Source of the DNA: the human T2T-CHM13v2.0 reference genome, Homo sapiens
Assembly: GCF_009914755.1 (NCBI RefSeq)
Contig: NC_060932.1
Reading direction: 5' to 3' (one strand)
DNA length: 64,000 nucleotides
Shown here: positions 42,198 through 57,900 of the stretch, piece by piece
Position numbering within the stretch: position 1 is the first letter of the stretch
How the letters are laid out: every line of letters starts with the position of its first letter
Translations under genes and position numbers: made by a program
The notes under the pieces: generated by a model
The model's input: the letters and a program-made list of their open reading frames with translations, nothing else
The model's database searches: none
Told to the model about the DNA's origin: nothing

Positions 42198-45100
42198 AGC
42201 AAAACGGGGCATCTGTTTGAGCTACACCTGAGTCTTGGTTCAACGTCTGCACATTTGTTTAAATTGTGTCTACTGGCCAGCCTCTCTCCTGGTTGTTAAA
42301 GTCACCACATGTAAAATCTCTCACAATTGAAAGCAAATTTCAGGGACACAGTGCACATCCCTTTCTCTGGGGACCTGGTCACTCATTCATTCATCCAGAG
42401 ACAGGCACAGACAGGCTGTGACACAGGAGCTGGCAATGCAGTCTCCACGTGGCCGGAACTGAGCGGCTATCTGGAATAAAGGGAGGGATTGCAGCGGCTG
42501 GAGCCATGTGGAAGGTGCCAAGTCCTGATGGAAGGGTTGGAACTGAGACTGCACAGGCAAGAAGCCTGGCTTCTGATGTGCTCTGGATCTTTAGGCAGAA
42601 TCACTTCATCCCTCCAGGGCTCTGCTTCATTCAGCTGTAAATGAAGTGGTAAGACCAGCTGATCTCTGAGAACTATTCCAGCTCTAATTAATTCTAAGCC
42701 CCCATTTACTCAACAGAAAGACTGTGGTACTTTCATAGTGTTTGTGTCTCTCATAAAATATTTATCTCTTCCTACTCTGCAGGGTAATTTCAGTGTCTGT
42801 GCTAGACTGTGTCTGTGCTAGACTGTGTCCATGCTAGGACTATCATTTGGGAATTGTAGACTAAAACCATCATAACGTATTAGCTAAATGACCTGGGGCG
42901 GGGCTTTTGGCTACTTTCTTTCTTTCTTTTTTGTAGAGACAGGGTCTCACTTTGTTGCCCAGACTGGTCTCAAACTCGGGCTCAAGCAATCCACCCACCT
43001 TCGGCCTCCCAAAGTGCTGGGATTACAGGCAAGAGCCATCACACCCAGCCAAGCTTTGAACTCAGTTTCTTCATCTGCGAATAGAAATATTAATGCCTTT
43101 CCTGCCTGTATCCCATAGGGTAATTGTGAGGATCAGTGTTCACAATGGGTGTGAACAAGTTCTTGTAAAATATGAAAGGGTGCTCTGCATAAGGGATTAT
43201 TATTATGCTAAATTGCTTGGAGACCTAGGCTCCTTGTGTTACTCATCGAGGACCCGGCAGAGTGCTTGGCTCTTGGAAAGTACAAGAAATGTTTGCTCGG
43301 TGAATAAATAAATGAAAGTGTGAACAAAAGGTAGAAGCCCAAGATGGGCAAGATACAAAGGGATTCAATCTGCAAATGTGTTGTTCTATAAGCACCACCC
43401 TCCATCCTACTTCCACACTGAAGTGTTCAGGAGTTTACCTGTGAAGGACGAAAAAGCAGAGACTGTCATGTCATTCTGCTGTTCAGGCCCAACGAGTTAC
43501 CTGCGGAGGTGGCAGTGAAGAGGGTTTGGTGGCCCTGACCCAGTTTTTGTTCTCTCAGCCCTGTGATGCTGCTGAAAACTCCACTCAGCTTCTCAGCCTA
43601 ATAGCTGCAGCCCTTTGTTGGTTTCTAAGCCTCTTTGCACAAACCAATAACAAATCCACAAATGCCTGGAGGGGAAAAGATGTCAGGCTGACTTCAATGA
43701 GTCTTCTCTTCTCTGGGATCTTGGCCCTTGGTATCCCTCCAAAGCCTCCAGAAAGATGTTTTGGTCTTTCTCTAACAGCTCTGTTTGTTCTCCGTGGGAG
43801 GTTGAATCTGTCATAAACTAGTCCATCGTAAGCAGAAGTCGAAGCCCATGGGCATGTTTTTAACAGCCCTCAGTTGGCAACAAGCAAGTTTGAGAGTCCC
43901 TGAGCCAGGCCAATATTCTCATGGAGCAGAGGGGAGCCTGAGCCCCAGCCACGCGCTTTGCTAATATGACAGCTGGGTCTCAAACACTGGGTGCCTGATG
44001 TCCACGCCAATGTGCCTCCCACGGCACCAGGCCAGTCCCTCCAGAGGCACCCCTTTGTTTTATTTTCTTCTGTCCTTGTAAGCTGGCCAGTTGCCTTTGA
44101 CCATAAGATGTACCATGGGCTCCTCCTGGGCCATGCACTGCCCCTCCCATGGGTGGGCAGTGCTGATGCCCGAGACACTGGGCACTCTGCTCACCCCACC
44201 CCCTCCTCCCTATCCAAGCTCAGACCACAGAGCCAGCCACTCCATGGTCCCAGACGTGAGGTCAGCTGTGGCTGGACCCTAATGAGCCTGGAAAGCCTGA
44301 TTACAGCCTGTGGCTTCCTGAGTAATCATGGCCGCCCCCCTCCACCGGACTCCAGGGTGTGCCGGTCCCTCTCCTTCCCACGCACCTCGGCCACTGTTGC
44401 CCATCTTCCTTGGTGGCCTGAAGTGCCTTCCCTCAGCTCAGAGCAGCCACTAGCCCTTCTCTAGCCCTTCTCTCCTCTGCCCCTCACCCCTGCCTTGTTA
44501 TTGGCAGGGTCAGTGGCACCCCGGCCTGGAGGGGCCTTGGTCAGCCTTTGTCCACATTCCTTGCCCCCACACTAACTACTAAACTACAGTTGTTGACTTC
44601 CTCCCTAGCCAGACCAGGTCACGCCTGCTGTCAGTCCTCTGCCCGCATGACTCATGCCTGGCCTGGAGGGCAGGTGGTGCCCTGCTCACCTAAGGAAGGC
44701 AGCCTTCTGAGTCCCCTTCTCACTCAGTGGGGACCCCAAAGCACTCTTTAGAAAAAGGCTCTGGGGTCTTCCTCCTCCAGGCAGCACCTAGGATTGCAGC
44801 CTCTCCTTCCTCCAGGCAGTGCCTAGGATTGCAGCCTCTCCCTCCTCCAGGCAGTGCTGGGAGTGGCACAGGAGCCAAGGTAGCGGCATGGGGGAAGGAG
44901 ATTGGGTCTTAGAGCCTCTCGGGTCTGGATTGGAATCCTGACGCCAGCACTGTTATCTTGAGCACGTGGCCACCCGCTGCACCTGCATTGTCATCTGTAA
45001 AATGGAGCAACAGCCTCCTGCCTGGGACATAGCAGACACTCGACGAAGTTGGCAAATGTCACTGCTCTCATGTCCCTCCCTTCTCCACCCTGTGGGAGAT

Positions 45101-45639
45101 TCAAGAAGGCATGGAGCAGGCAGAGAGTGAGCAGGGCTGACTATGGCACGCCAGCACCGAGCAGCTCCATCCGCCAGCCGTGACACGGGCAGCGAGGGAG
45201 GCTTCTGTCGGCACCACAGGCACCTGTCAGTAGCCCACGCGGAGACCCACAAGATGTAGACAGGCCCCCGATAACATCGTCCACTCTATCTTCTCCCGGC
45301 CGCTGCCTGGGACACCTCCCACTCCCATCTGGGTTCTCAGAGATGGGGTGAGAAGCGGCAGCTGTGGCTTAGGGGTGGATATAGAGAGGGAGGGAACCCT
45401 TCTCCCTGCATCCTCCCTCCACTCACGCTAGGCTGCAGCTCCTGGGCAATGAAGGGAATGATATGACTGAGGCTTCTGCATAAACATCCACCAGGAGCAT
45501 GTGGGCGCTTGGGCCTCCACACCTAGGGAAAGACTCCCCAGAGCTTTCCGGGAAAGAGGAGCTGGAAGGGGCTGGTCGGGAGGAGGGAGAGTTTTTTCTC
45601 CTTTGCTGCTGGCACAGAATCCCTTAGAAATCACAGATA

Positions 45640-45941
<302 letters not shown>

Positions 45942-48155
45942 AGAAATCACAGATATAGGCCAGGTGGGATGGCTCATGCCTGCAATCCCAAAACTTTGGG
46001 AGGCCAAGGCAGAAGAATCACTTGAGCCCAGGAGTTTGAGACCAGCCTGGGCAACATAGTGAAACCCCATCTCTGCCAAAAAATAAAAATAAAAAAATCA
46101 GCTGGCATGGTGGCATGCGCCTGTTGGAGGATCATTTGGGCCCAGGAGTTCAAGGCTGCAGTGAGCTATGATTGTGCCACTGCATTCCAGCCACAACAGA
46201 GGAAGACCCTGTCTCGGAAAAAGAAAGAAATCCTCACAGCTGGCTGCTGTGTTCTTAGAGACCAGGGAGGAGAGGTTGTCCACCAAAGATGGTGGCATAG
46301 AAAGGAATGGAGTTCCAGAAGAAGGTGAGAGGGCCCCAGCTGTGTGTAGGAGCAGGGCAGGGCATCCTTGTCCCAGCGAGTCTTCTCAGGCTTTTCCTGA
46401 GTCAAGGCTGGAGATGGGGATTGTGAACTTGTCCACCCAGAAGGCGAGAGTGGAGAGAGTGGAGTACCAGGGAGCTGGGGACAAGCCCTGGGGGAGAAGT
46501 GAGCCCAGGAGGAGTCGGGACAGAAGGAGGAGGCGAATGCCCACCCAGACAGGGAGGAGGGAGTGGCAGGAGAAGGGGTCATGGAGCTGCAGGGCCCTTG
46601 GAAGCTGAGTGAGCACGCAATTTTGTGGATGAAATATGAGTTTTGGAACAGGGTTGCCAGCATTGCCGCACCGCCAACAGCTTCGTGGGGCGTCTCCGCC
46701 TCTGTATGGCTCTCTGCTTTTCCAAACCGCAGCTGGCCCAGGCGCCAGGAGCAGAGGTAGGGTGAAGACAGACGCTATGGCTGTGCTGGTTCCCTGCAGG
46801 TCCTGCCAGGGTGGGGAGGTGGCTCCTGCACAGGCATCAGCCTGGGCCCCTGGCACTCTGGCTGCTGAGCTGCCAGGGGCTCCTGCAGGCCAAGGGCATC
46901 TCCTGCCTCCCGGCTTCTCTGAGGCCAGGCTGCTGCCACTGCTGCTGGCCACCTTTCATCCCTGGCTAACTCAACAATGGAATCTCAGCCTTGCTGCTGG
47001 CAGGCCACGTGAGCCATGCAGGGCCACATCCCCGTGGCGGGAGGTGGGCAAGGGCAGGTGGTGGCAGGGAACCGACTGGAAGGTTTTTATTGGCTCTGGT
47101 GGGGCTGGCTCTGTCTGGGCTCTGGTTTCCAGTTTAGGTCATAATAAAGGATGTATTCACTGACTCTGCTCCACTTAGAAACACTCTGGGAAGAAAACAA
47201 AGAGGGGCACAGCAGAGGGCTCAGATAGCATCAGCCAGGATGAAGGGGCCTGTGCCGCAGAACTGGGTACGGCAGTGGAGGGCTCCCAGCTCCCAGCATG
47301 CAGAATCCCTTCCCCCGAGAGGCCCACTTTCTGCCTTGTGTCCTCAGGGTTGGCACAGCTATGAGGGGTGGAGACTCTCAGACCCACATAGCCAGAAGGA
47401 CATGAGGTCATCAGTCCCCTGTCCTCGGCACTAGACAGGGCTCCTTAAGGAAGGGCCGTATCTTCATCTTGGCAACTCCCGCAGGCCCTCATGCAGAGCC
47501 AGGCTCACAGGAGGGTCCATGGCTGCTTGGTGAATCACCCCCTTCAAGCACATACTGAGTTTTCCTAACTGCATTCCAGGCTCTGTGTCCAGGGCTGGGA
47601 TGTGAGCCGTGGCTCCTGCCATCTTCCTAGGGCTGCACAGTCTAGCAGGGCCCACCAGAGAGTACCCAGTGTTTGCTTTCACTGTGAGGTGACTTCTCTT
47701 TGTATGTGTCAATGAAAAGACTCACAACGTAGTAGCCTTAAGAGCTCAGTGAAGAGGCTGGGTGATCAGGGTGGGCTTCCTGGAGGTACTGACCTTTCTC
47801 TGGGCTGTCACTGTGCCCACTTACTCATACTGGGACACACCTATTTCTCATGCCCCACTTTCTTAGTTTTCTCCTCCATGTCACCTGACTTGAACCCTGT
47901 TCCCAAATGACTGAGAAGTCATGGGGGTGGGGTGGGGGTGAATACAGTGGTCAAAGACCATGCATGAGAAGGTACAGGAGGTCAGACTGGCCTCAGAGCA
48001 GGACAGGCAATCCTGGACAACCTTGGCCCCTTCTCGAAGCTGGCCAGCCCCTTGTTCCCTAATCTCAGTGTGTGTGCGGAGCTTCTCGAAGCTGGCCAGC
48101 CCCTTGTTCCCTAACCTCAGTGTGTGTGTGGAGCTATCGGCAAGCCTTGCAGTGA

Positions 48156-48731
<576 letters not shown>

Positions 48732-48916
48732 GGAGGGCTGTGGCAGAGCCACTGTCACACAGAATGCCGGAGGGGCGCAGAGCAGATCCAGGCCCCAGAA
48801 AGCCTCACCTACAGACAGCTGTGGTCCTCTGATTCCAATGAGGGGGCTCCCCAGGGCTGACCCTGCAGCTTTGGGCTCCCCCATAGTGACTGTGCCATAG
48901 GAAAGCAGCCCCTCCT

Positions 48917-49213
48917 CACACATACATGTGCACATGCACACACATGCATGCACACACATGCACACATACACGCACATGCACACATACACATGCATGCACA
49001 CATACACAGGCATACATGCATGCACACACACATGCACGCACACACACATGCACACATACACGTGCACACATACACAGGCACACATGCATGCACACATACA
49101 CATGCACACACACATGCACACATATATGCACAGGCACACACATGTACGCACACACACATGCACTGCACACATATCCATGCACACAAACACATATATACAC
49201 ATGCACATACACA
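48917..49213 (+). repeat. (CACACATG)n-like purine-pyrimidine repeat in the long 3'UTR
   Basis: About 300 bp of CA/TG alternation. A similar tract is at ~24475-24620. Confidence 0.9.
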
Positions 49214-50377
49214 GATTTTTCTGCTGGCCAGGTGGGCCAACTGGGTTTCCCTGGCTGGGCAGGAGGAGAGGGCAGAGGAAGACCCCCTCTCCTGTGACTG
49301 AGCCTGCCAGGGAGGCAGCTACCTCGGGAGGAAGGTCTCACATCTGTCTCTGGGCACCCATGCTGGCCAGCAGTTTCCCAGGGCTCCCTGGGGTTGAAAA
49401 GCCCCAAGGAAACCTTTGCGGGTGGGGCGTTACTGCCAAAACTCCAGAGGCAAAGTGGACCTGGCAACCACAAGACCCTCCCCATAAGCAGGGGACCAGC
49501 ATACCCGGGAGCTGTCCCTGTCTGTCACAGCACAGTGGGGCCACGAGGCTGACATTCTCTGGCCTTGCACACAGTGCCCCCTGAGAAGTTCAACATTTAT
49601 TTCTTCACGTGTCCAGAAAATTCCTCAATTCATCCTTGCCTCTGCCCTTCAGGAGCAGCCTGGAAGGAATCCAAGCAGGAGTTTCATCTGCATGGGGGCA
49701 CTCTGCAGGCCCTGGAACATTGGGCCTGAGTGGAGATGGGAGACAGAGGCAGGCCAGAAGGTTCTCTCTGCACAGCTGCCTCCCTTGCTCTCCCTGAGGC
49801 TGGCCTGCCCCATTCCCCAAGGGGGCTCCTCTGGAGTGGTGGGGAGGATTAGGCTGCAGAAGGGCCAACCCCTTGCAACAGGGCAGCTCTCGCCTCCCGC
49901 ACACGGCTCTCCTGATCACAGCTGCATGCCGACCTTGTCCCACCGGGACCCACAATGGCCCGAGCCCTCTTTGCATGGGCAGCCAGCTGGACTAGGAGTG
50001 GGAAGGGCCTGGACACTCACAGAGGCCCCCTCTGTCATCACTCCTTGGCACCCACCAACTTCCTGCACACACTGGCAGAGAGGGGCGCTGGGAAATCACC
50101 CCACAGGGTGGAGGTCTCCTGTTGGCTACACTCTAAAGCTGCTTTGCCTTCATGTTCAAACAGATTCAGGCACCACCCCCTCCACCGCCCGCAAGGTTAG
50201 GGCATAGAGTTGTCTCCTTCCCAACACGGACCCAGAGAGCAGCCCTTCCCTGCTCAAAGCCTTTCCGCACCCTCCTGACTGTCCTGGATGTGCAACTGGT
50301 TTGCACTGCACACCCCATGGCCATGTAACTCTCCTGTCCACATATGATAATACCATTCTGCATAGTATTACTGACTC

Positions 50378-50383
50378 AGTAAA
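50378..50383 (+). terminator. SCARA3: Probable variant poly(A) signal AGTAAA ending the long-isoform 3'UTR
   Basis: I saw no AATAAA in the ~1.6 kb after the stop. This AGTAAA is followed ~20 nt later by GU/U-rich sequence (gtgtctttgagtcctttctg). Confidence 0.55.
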
Positions 50384-52047
50384 GAGCTATTTCCAGGAGT
50401 GAGGTGTCTTTGAGTCCTTTCTGCCTGACTTGGGGGCATGATGCCTTCAGGGCTGCACTCCAGGTGGGCCTCTGAAGGAGAACCAGTGACGAGGGTCCCC
50501 CAAAAATTCAATCTCACTGGAGTTGGGTCTAACCTCATTTTAGAAACACTGAGTTCGGCCAGGGACCAAGAGCGTCTGAGGGAATTACTCAGAGAGAGCA
50601 GGAACAGAGGGGGAAATGCTAAGCCCAATGCATCTTGCAGCCTGGCCCTGGAGCTCTTTGGCTAAAACAAGATTGGAAAACAGGGCAGGCCTGGACATGT
50701 GAGTGATACCTCCTGCTTCTGGCTTTTGTCTCCAAGACAAGGAGATAGAACAGGAAAGGAGGCAGAGACCAGGCCAGACCTGCCCCAAGGGGCCTGGCTT
50801 GGCAGGGTCTGCGGATTACGGAAGAGGACAGCCGGATCCTCTGTGAGTCGGCACAGCAGCCTCACTCACTGGCAAAATGTGACCTAGTGCAAGCCTGGAG
50901 CCCTGTTTTTTGGGTTTTTTTGGAGTTTTTTTGGTGGGTTGGTGCTTAGTTGAGGAAGTGAGCAAAAGGGCAGGGGGTGAGGATGGGGCCAAACATGGCT
51001 GCCTCACATGGACCTCACCGCTTCCTCTATAGTGAGTAGCATGAGGTCCCTCCTCCCCACTGACATCTGAGATGTCCACAGCACCTGACAATGTTCAACA
51101 CACCATAAACATCAGCCATTGTCACGGTGGGACTTATTATATGGGTGAAGAGCCTCCTGGGCCACAGTGGGTGTGCTCTGTGCTCCTCTGCAGGTGAGTA
51201 GCCAGCACACCAGCCCCTGCATGTCTCATTTCACGCTCCCTGAACTGTGAGAGCTGGGAGGGACCTGGGGGAGTCTGAGGCTCAAGTCTCTTACTTCTCA
51301 TGGGACAAACCAAGGACTGAGAGCAGTTGAGGGGTTTGCTGCACATCTGGGGCTGGAACTCCAGTCTGGTGTCTCTGGCTAGTGGTAGATCCAGTTCTCA
51401 GGCTACTTTCCTATTGGTGAGGGTCCTCAGGAAGCCTCCTACCACATATTTCTTGGGAAGTGTTCCCGCCCCAATCCTGTTCCCTGTCGTAAGTCATCAA
51501 ACTGCTCTTAGTATTAATGTGGCCCTTTGGAGTATCTGGACAGCTCTAGGTACTACTGAAATCCAAACAGCGGAACCTGGGGTTTAAGGGGACAGACAGT
51601 TAGAACTGCAAAGCTTGAAGCAAATGCTGAGAATCCCTATATTCATAAATTTTGTGAATGGATGAAACCCACCTCAGAGTGGGTGATTGAGTGAGTTCCA
51701 TGATGGAGGTGCCTCGGTGGCCATGGAAACGGGGCAGGTTGTGCTTCTGCCCTGCTGGCCCTTCATCACTGTGGGACCTTAGGCCTAGCACTGGCCCTCT
51801 CTGACCTTCAGTTTCGTCATCAGAAAACAGAGGGAGTGGACTGGTCTTGCCTCCATTGAGTCTGACATGCTGTGTTCCTCTGTCCTGCAATTCTAACCAA
51901 GTGCTCCTTCTCCTGCCCTGCTCGGTTATTTTCTGGAACTTTCCAGGGCCAAGGCGATGAAGTCTGAACCCACATTGAGTGGTAACAGCCATTGGAATTT
52001 CAGTCTCCAGATTAGAAGCCCAGCCTTCACCACTGGGGTGATTTTAA

Positions 52048-53392
<1,345 letters not shown>

Positions 53393-53949
53393 TTATGTAT
53401 ATAATTTCAATTAATCTTCACAAGCAAAGTGTGTTTGCATTTTATAGATCAGAAAACAAGGCTCAGAAAAGCTAACTCGCTCAAGGCCACATAGATGTTA
53501 AGTGGTTTCAAACCCAGGATTTTTAGAAGCTGCTATACTGAGCTGCTTCTTACAGAAAGGTGGCATTGGAAATTAGATAAGACCTGTGTTTGCATCTGAG
53601 ATTGCTGAGTTCCACAGAATCAACTTGCTCAAGTTCCCAGAGCCAGCTAGTGACAAAGCTGTGACAAGGCTTCACACTGAGGGCTGCTGGGTTTCCCGGT
53701 TCCAGCTGCCTCGTTACTAACACCACCAGTGAGAGCAGTGCAGGAGATGGCAGCAGGAGTGTGCTTCTGGCTGGGAGAGTTGGCAACTTCTCAAAGGAAG
53801 CCAGGTGCTGACCTCAGCCAGGCCCCCGACTTCCCTGAGGCCTTTTCCCTAAGCCCAAAGTCTCCAACATAGGTGTCCAACGAAATCCCCTGAAGTGAGG
53901 AACAAACTATTAAATATTAGAACATCTCAATGTGTTTCATCTATTCTAG

Positions 53950-53981
53950 GTCACACTTTGTTTTCACATAATCGGATATGA
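53950..53981 (+). CDS. SCARA3: SCARA3 alternative last exon 6b (GHTLFSHNRI*), short collagen-less isoform, 466 aa
   Basis: gtttcatctattctag|GTCACACTTTGTTTTCACATAATCGGATATGA. Phase 1 matches the exon 5 donor, and 456+10 = 466 aa agrees with the recalled short CSR isoform. Confidence 0.85.
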
Positions 53982-54125
53982 TATGAAGCCAGCCATAAAG
54001 CCCAGGATGACCAAGAATATAATTTGAAAATGAATTTGTTTACTATCCTTAATGGTAAGCATCACCTTAAGCACATATTATGCCTTGAGACACTAGCCAA
54101 TTGTGGTACATGAAAATAATTTATA

Positions 54126-54135
54126 AATAAATAAA
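54126..54135 (+). terminator. SCARA3: Overlapping AATAAA poly(A) signals for the short isoform (ATTAAA also at 54189-54194)
   Basis: aataaataaa about 145 nt after the exon 6b stop. Confidence 0.7.
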
Positions 54136-54959
54136 TTTACCTATATTAGGAAGATGATTTAAATGTTTATTTTACTAAGGGGGATGTGATTAAAATATTT
54201 GGACACCACTGCTCAAACCCAACTCTGTTGCGTCCAACACTCTGCCTTCTGATAAAACACAGCTCCCTATAGGGAAAGGGAGAAAGGGAATATCCACGTG
54301 ATTTTACCCAGATTTGTAATATGATGGTTTCTTCTCCTTCTGAACTCCCAGACGAGGATGTTCCCCAAGTTTACAACTTGGGACTTGCTTGTTCCCCATC
54401 ATCCAATATTGTCATCATTTCAGCTTCACAGGCTTCCCTTCTTCGAGATGTAGACACATTTAAAACCTTAATAGGCAGTTTGCGGATCCCACTGAATTCC
54501 TTCACTCATTCAACAAATAGTTCTTGAGTTGCAACTAGCTTCCCCATACTGCACTACCTACAGAAAAGGCAACTTCCAGATTCACCTTAGCTTCCTGTCC
54601 GGGGCCACTTTCCAAACTACCACACAGAGAAGTGGAGCCCAAACAGAGCCATAGTCTTATGGGAAGAAGAAACGGTGACTGGAGTTTGCGGCTGCCAAGG
54701 CAGCTGGAATTGGATGGGGTACTGAGCAGGAGGGAGCTGTGCACAGAAGGAGCTCAGATATCTGCACATACTTCCCCTTGAGTGACTGATCAGCTCGAAT
54801 CTATGGGGAATCTGTGAGCTGACTAGAGATGCTGAAGGGTATACAGTGGTGGGGAATTTTGGAGGTCTGACCAGCCTTACTAAACAACACCATGCATTCA
54901 GTTGAGATACCAGAAAATCGATAGCTTAAAAGTAAAACCACTGTAGTTCTAGAGTAGCA

Positions 54960-57900
54960 GCTATTCTAGACTACAGTAACAAAGCTAAAAAAGCAGCATC
55001 TCTCTCTCAATAATTGATAGAATAAGTAAACAGAAAATCAGTAAGGATATAGAAGACTTGAACATTACTGTGGGCCAATTTGACCTAATAATATGAGAAA
55101 AACACTGCACCAGCTGTGGGTGAAGATCATTCTTTTCAAGGGCAGATAAAATATTTATCAAGGTAGAACATGATGTGAGCCATGAAACAAGCCTCAACAA
55201 ATGTAAAAGAATTCAAATCACAGGAAATATGTTCTGTGACCCCATGGCATTTAATTAGAAATAAGCACAGAAAGATATCTACTGTCTTCAAATAACTGGA
55301 AATGAAATAACACACTTCTAGTTGCTCATGAGTCAAATAAAAAAATCACAAGTGAAATTAGAAAATATTTTGAACTTCATGAAAATGAAAACATAACATA
55401 TGAAATTTGTGTGATACCGCTAAAGCAGTGTATGGAGGGAAAATTATAACATTAAACATTTGTATTAGAAAACAAGAAAGTTCTCAAATCAATGACCTAA
55501 ACTTTAACCTTAAAGTTTAATACAAGAAGGGCAAATTAAACCCAAAATAAACAGAAGAAAAGATACAATAAAGATAAGAATTTAAAGAAAATGCAAATAG
55601 AAAAATATAGAGAAAAATTCATGAAATCAAATACTGATTCACTGGGATCAACAAATGAGTAAGTCTTTAGTCAGACTAATCAGAAATAAAAGAGGGAAGA
55701 CAGAGATTACCAAGAGTGAGACCATCACCACAAATCCTACAGACATTAAAAGGATAGTAACAGAATATTATGAACAACTTTATGTCAATAAAGTTGACAA
55801 CTTACATGAAAGTGGACAAAGTTCTTAAAGAATACAAACAACCACAGCTCACTCAAGAAGAAATAATGAGTATAGCTCCATTGCTATTAATATAACTATG
55901 AAAGCAATGAACTTTATAGTTAAAAGCCTTCCCACAAAACAACTCCACACCCAAATAGGCTCACTGATGAATTCTGCCAAACATTTAAGGAACAAATAAT
56001 ACAAATTCTACACAAAGTCTTCCAGAAAATAGAAGAGGAGGAAACACTTCCAAACTTCTTCTGAGTCTAGCATTGCCCTAATAGCAAAACCTGATACAAA
56101 CTGCAAGAAAATAAAGCCATTACAAGAAAAGGAAATTATAAACTGGTATCCTTCATAAATATAGAAGTAAAAGCTTTAAACAAAATTTTAGCCAATCAAA
56201 TGCAGCAATATTTAAGATGGATAATATAAGTGGGGTTTATCTCAGTATAAACCTTGTAGTTGTTTTAATACTCAAAAATCAATGTAGGCCAGGTGTGGTG
56301 GCTCACGCCTGTAATCCCAGCACTTTGGGAGGCTGAGGCGGGCAGATCACCTGAGCTCAGGAGTTCGAGACCACCTTGGGCAATATAAATGGAATCATAC
56401 TGTATGATTCTCTTTGTGTCTAGCTTCTTTTCTTAATTACATTGTTTTTGAGTTTTCTTCATGTTGTTGCTTATATTTTATTGTCGTTCTCCTCCTTCCT
56501 GTTTTTCTTCTTCTTCCTCCTCTTCCTTGTTCTCCTCCTCCTCTTTCTTCATAGTGTCACATTTAATGAAAATACCACAATATACTTACTTACTTACTAA
56601 GTAAGTAAGTCTCTACTAAAATACAAAAAATTAGCCAGGCATGTAGTGGTGAGAATAAAGACACTTTTTTATTTCTTAATTTCTCTAAAACATGTTTTGT
56701 TAAAGGGGAAATCATCACTGTGGGGTTTACGACATACAAAAGTAAAATGAGCAGTAACAGTAGCACAATGGAAGGGAAGTGGATCAGTGGAATATTCTTG
56801 TATCATATTCACTTCTCATAAGTCAAAAATATTAATGCAAGGTAGGCTATGATAAATTAAGAATGTATATTATAGTTTTTAGAGCAACCTGTATCAACAA
56901 CAGCAACAAAAAAATTTACTCTCTCAGGAAGTGATAGGTCAAGTAGGCTAAAAAAATCTATTAGATTTGAGAAGATATGAATTAGGTCAACTAACTTAAC
57001 ATTATTGGCATTTACAGAACACAATAACCAACAACTCCAGAACATACATTATTTTCAAGGGCACATCAGATATTAACCAAAATAGACCATGTGCTGAGCC
57101 ATAAGGTAAGTCTCAATGCATTTGAAAAAGACTTAAATTACACAGACAGTACTCTCTCTACATGGAAGTAAATTAGAAATCAGTAAATGAGAGATACACG
57201 TCAAATCCACAAGTACCTGTTACAGCAGCACGTAGACTAATATTGGAACGATACAGAGATTAGCCTGACCCTTGTACAAGGTTGACATGCAAATTCAGGA
57301 AGTCTTCCTTTTTTTTAATCCACACATTCTTAGCAATTAAAGATAAAAACCTCTAAATAACCATAGATCAGAAAGAAAAAAAATCAGAGAAAATTAGAAA
57401 ATATTTTGAACTGGATAGTATTGCAAACATAACATACCAAAATATGTTGGATGCAGATAAAGCAATGCTTAGGAAATTTAGAGCTTTAAATGAGTATATA
57501 AGAAAATAAAGATTTAAAACTTACTGATATATGTTTTCACTTTAATAAGATAGAAAAAGAAAAGAAATTTAAACCCAAAATAAATTGAAGGTAGAAAACA
57601 ATATTAAAGCCAGAATCAATAAAATAGAAAAAAGAAAATAAAGGAAAACCAACATGACCAAAAGTTACTTCTTTGAAAAGATAAATAAAATAAGAAACCC
57701 CTAGATAAAGTGATCAAGACAAAAAGGGAAGAAACAACAATAGTAATGAAAAAGGGAACATCACTATAGAATCAACAGACAGTGAAGGGTAACAAAGAAA
57801 CATTTTGAACAAGGTTATACCACCAAACTCAATAACCTAGATGAGATGGGCAAATTCTTTGAAAGATAAAAATCACAGAAACTAATACAAAAAGAAAATC

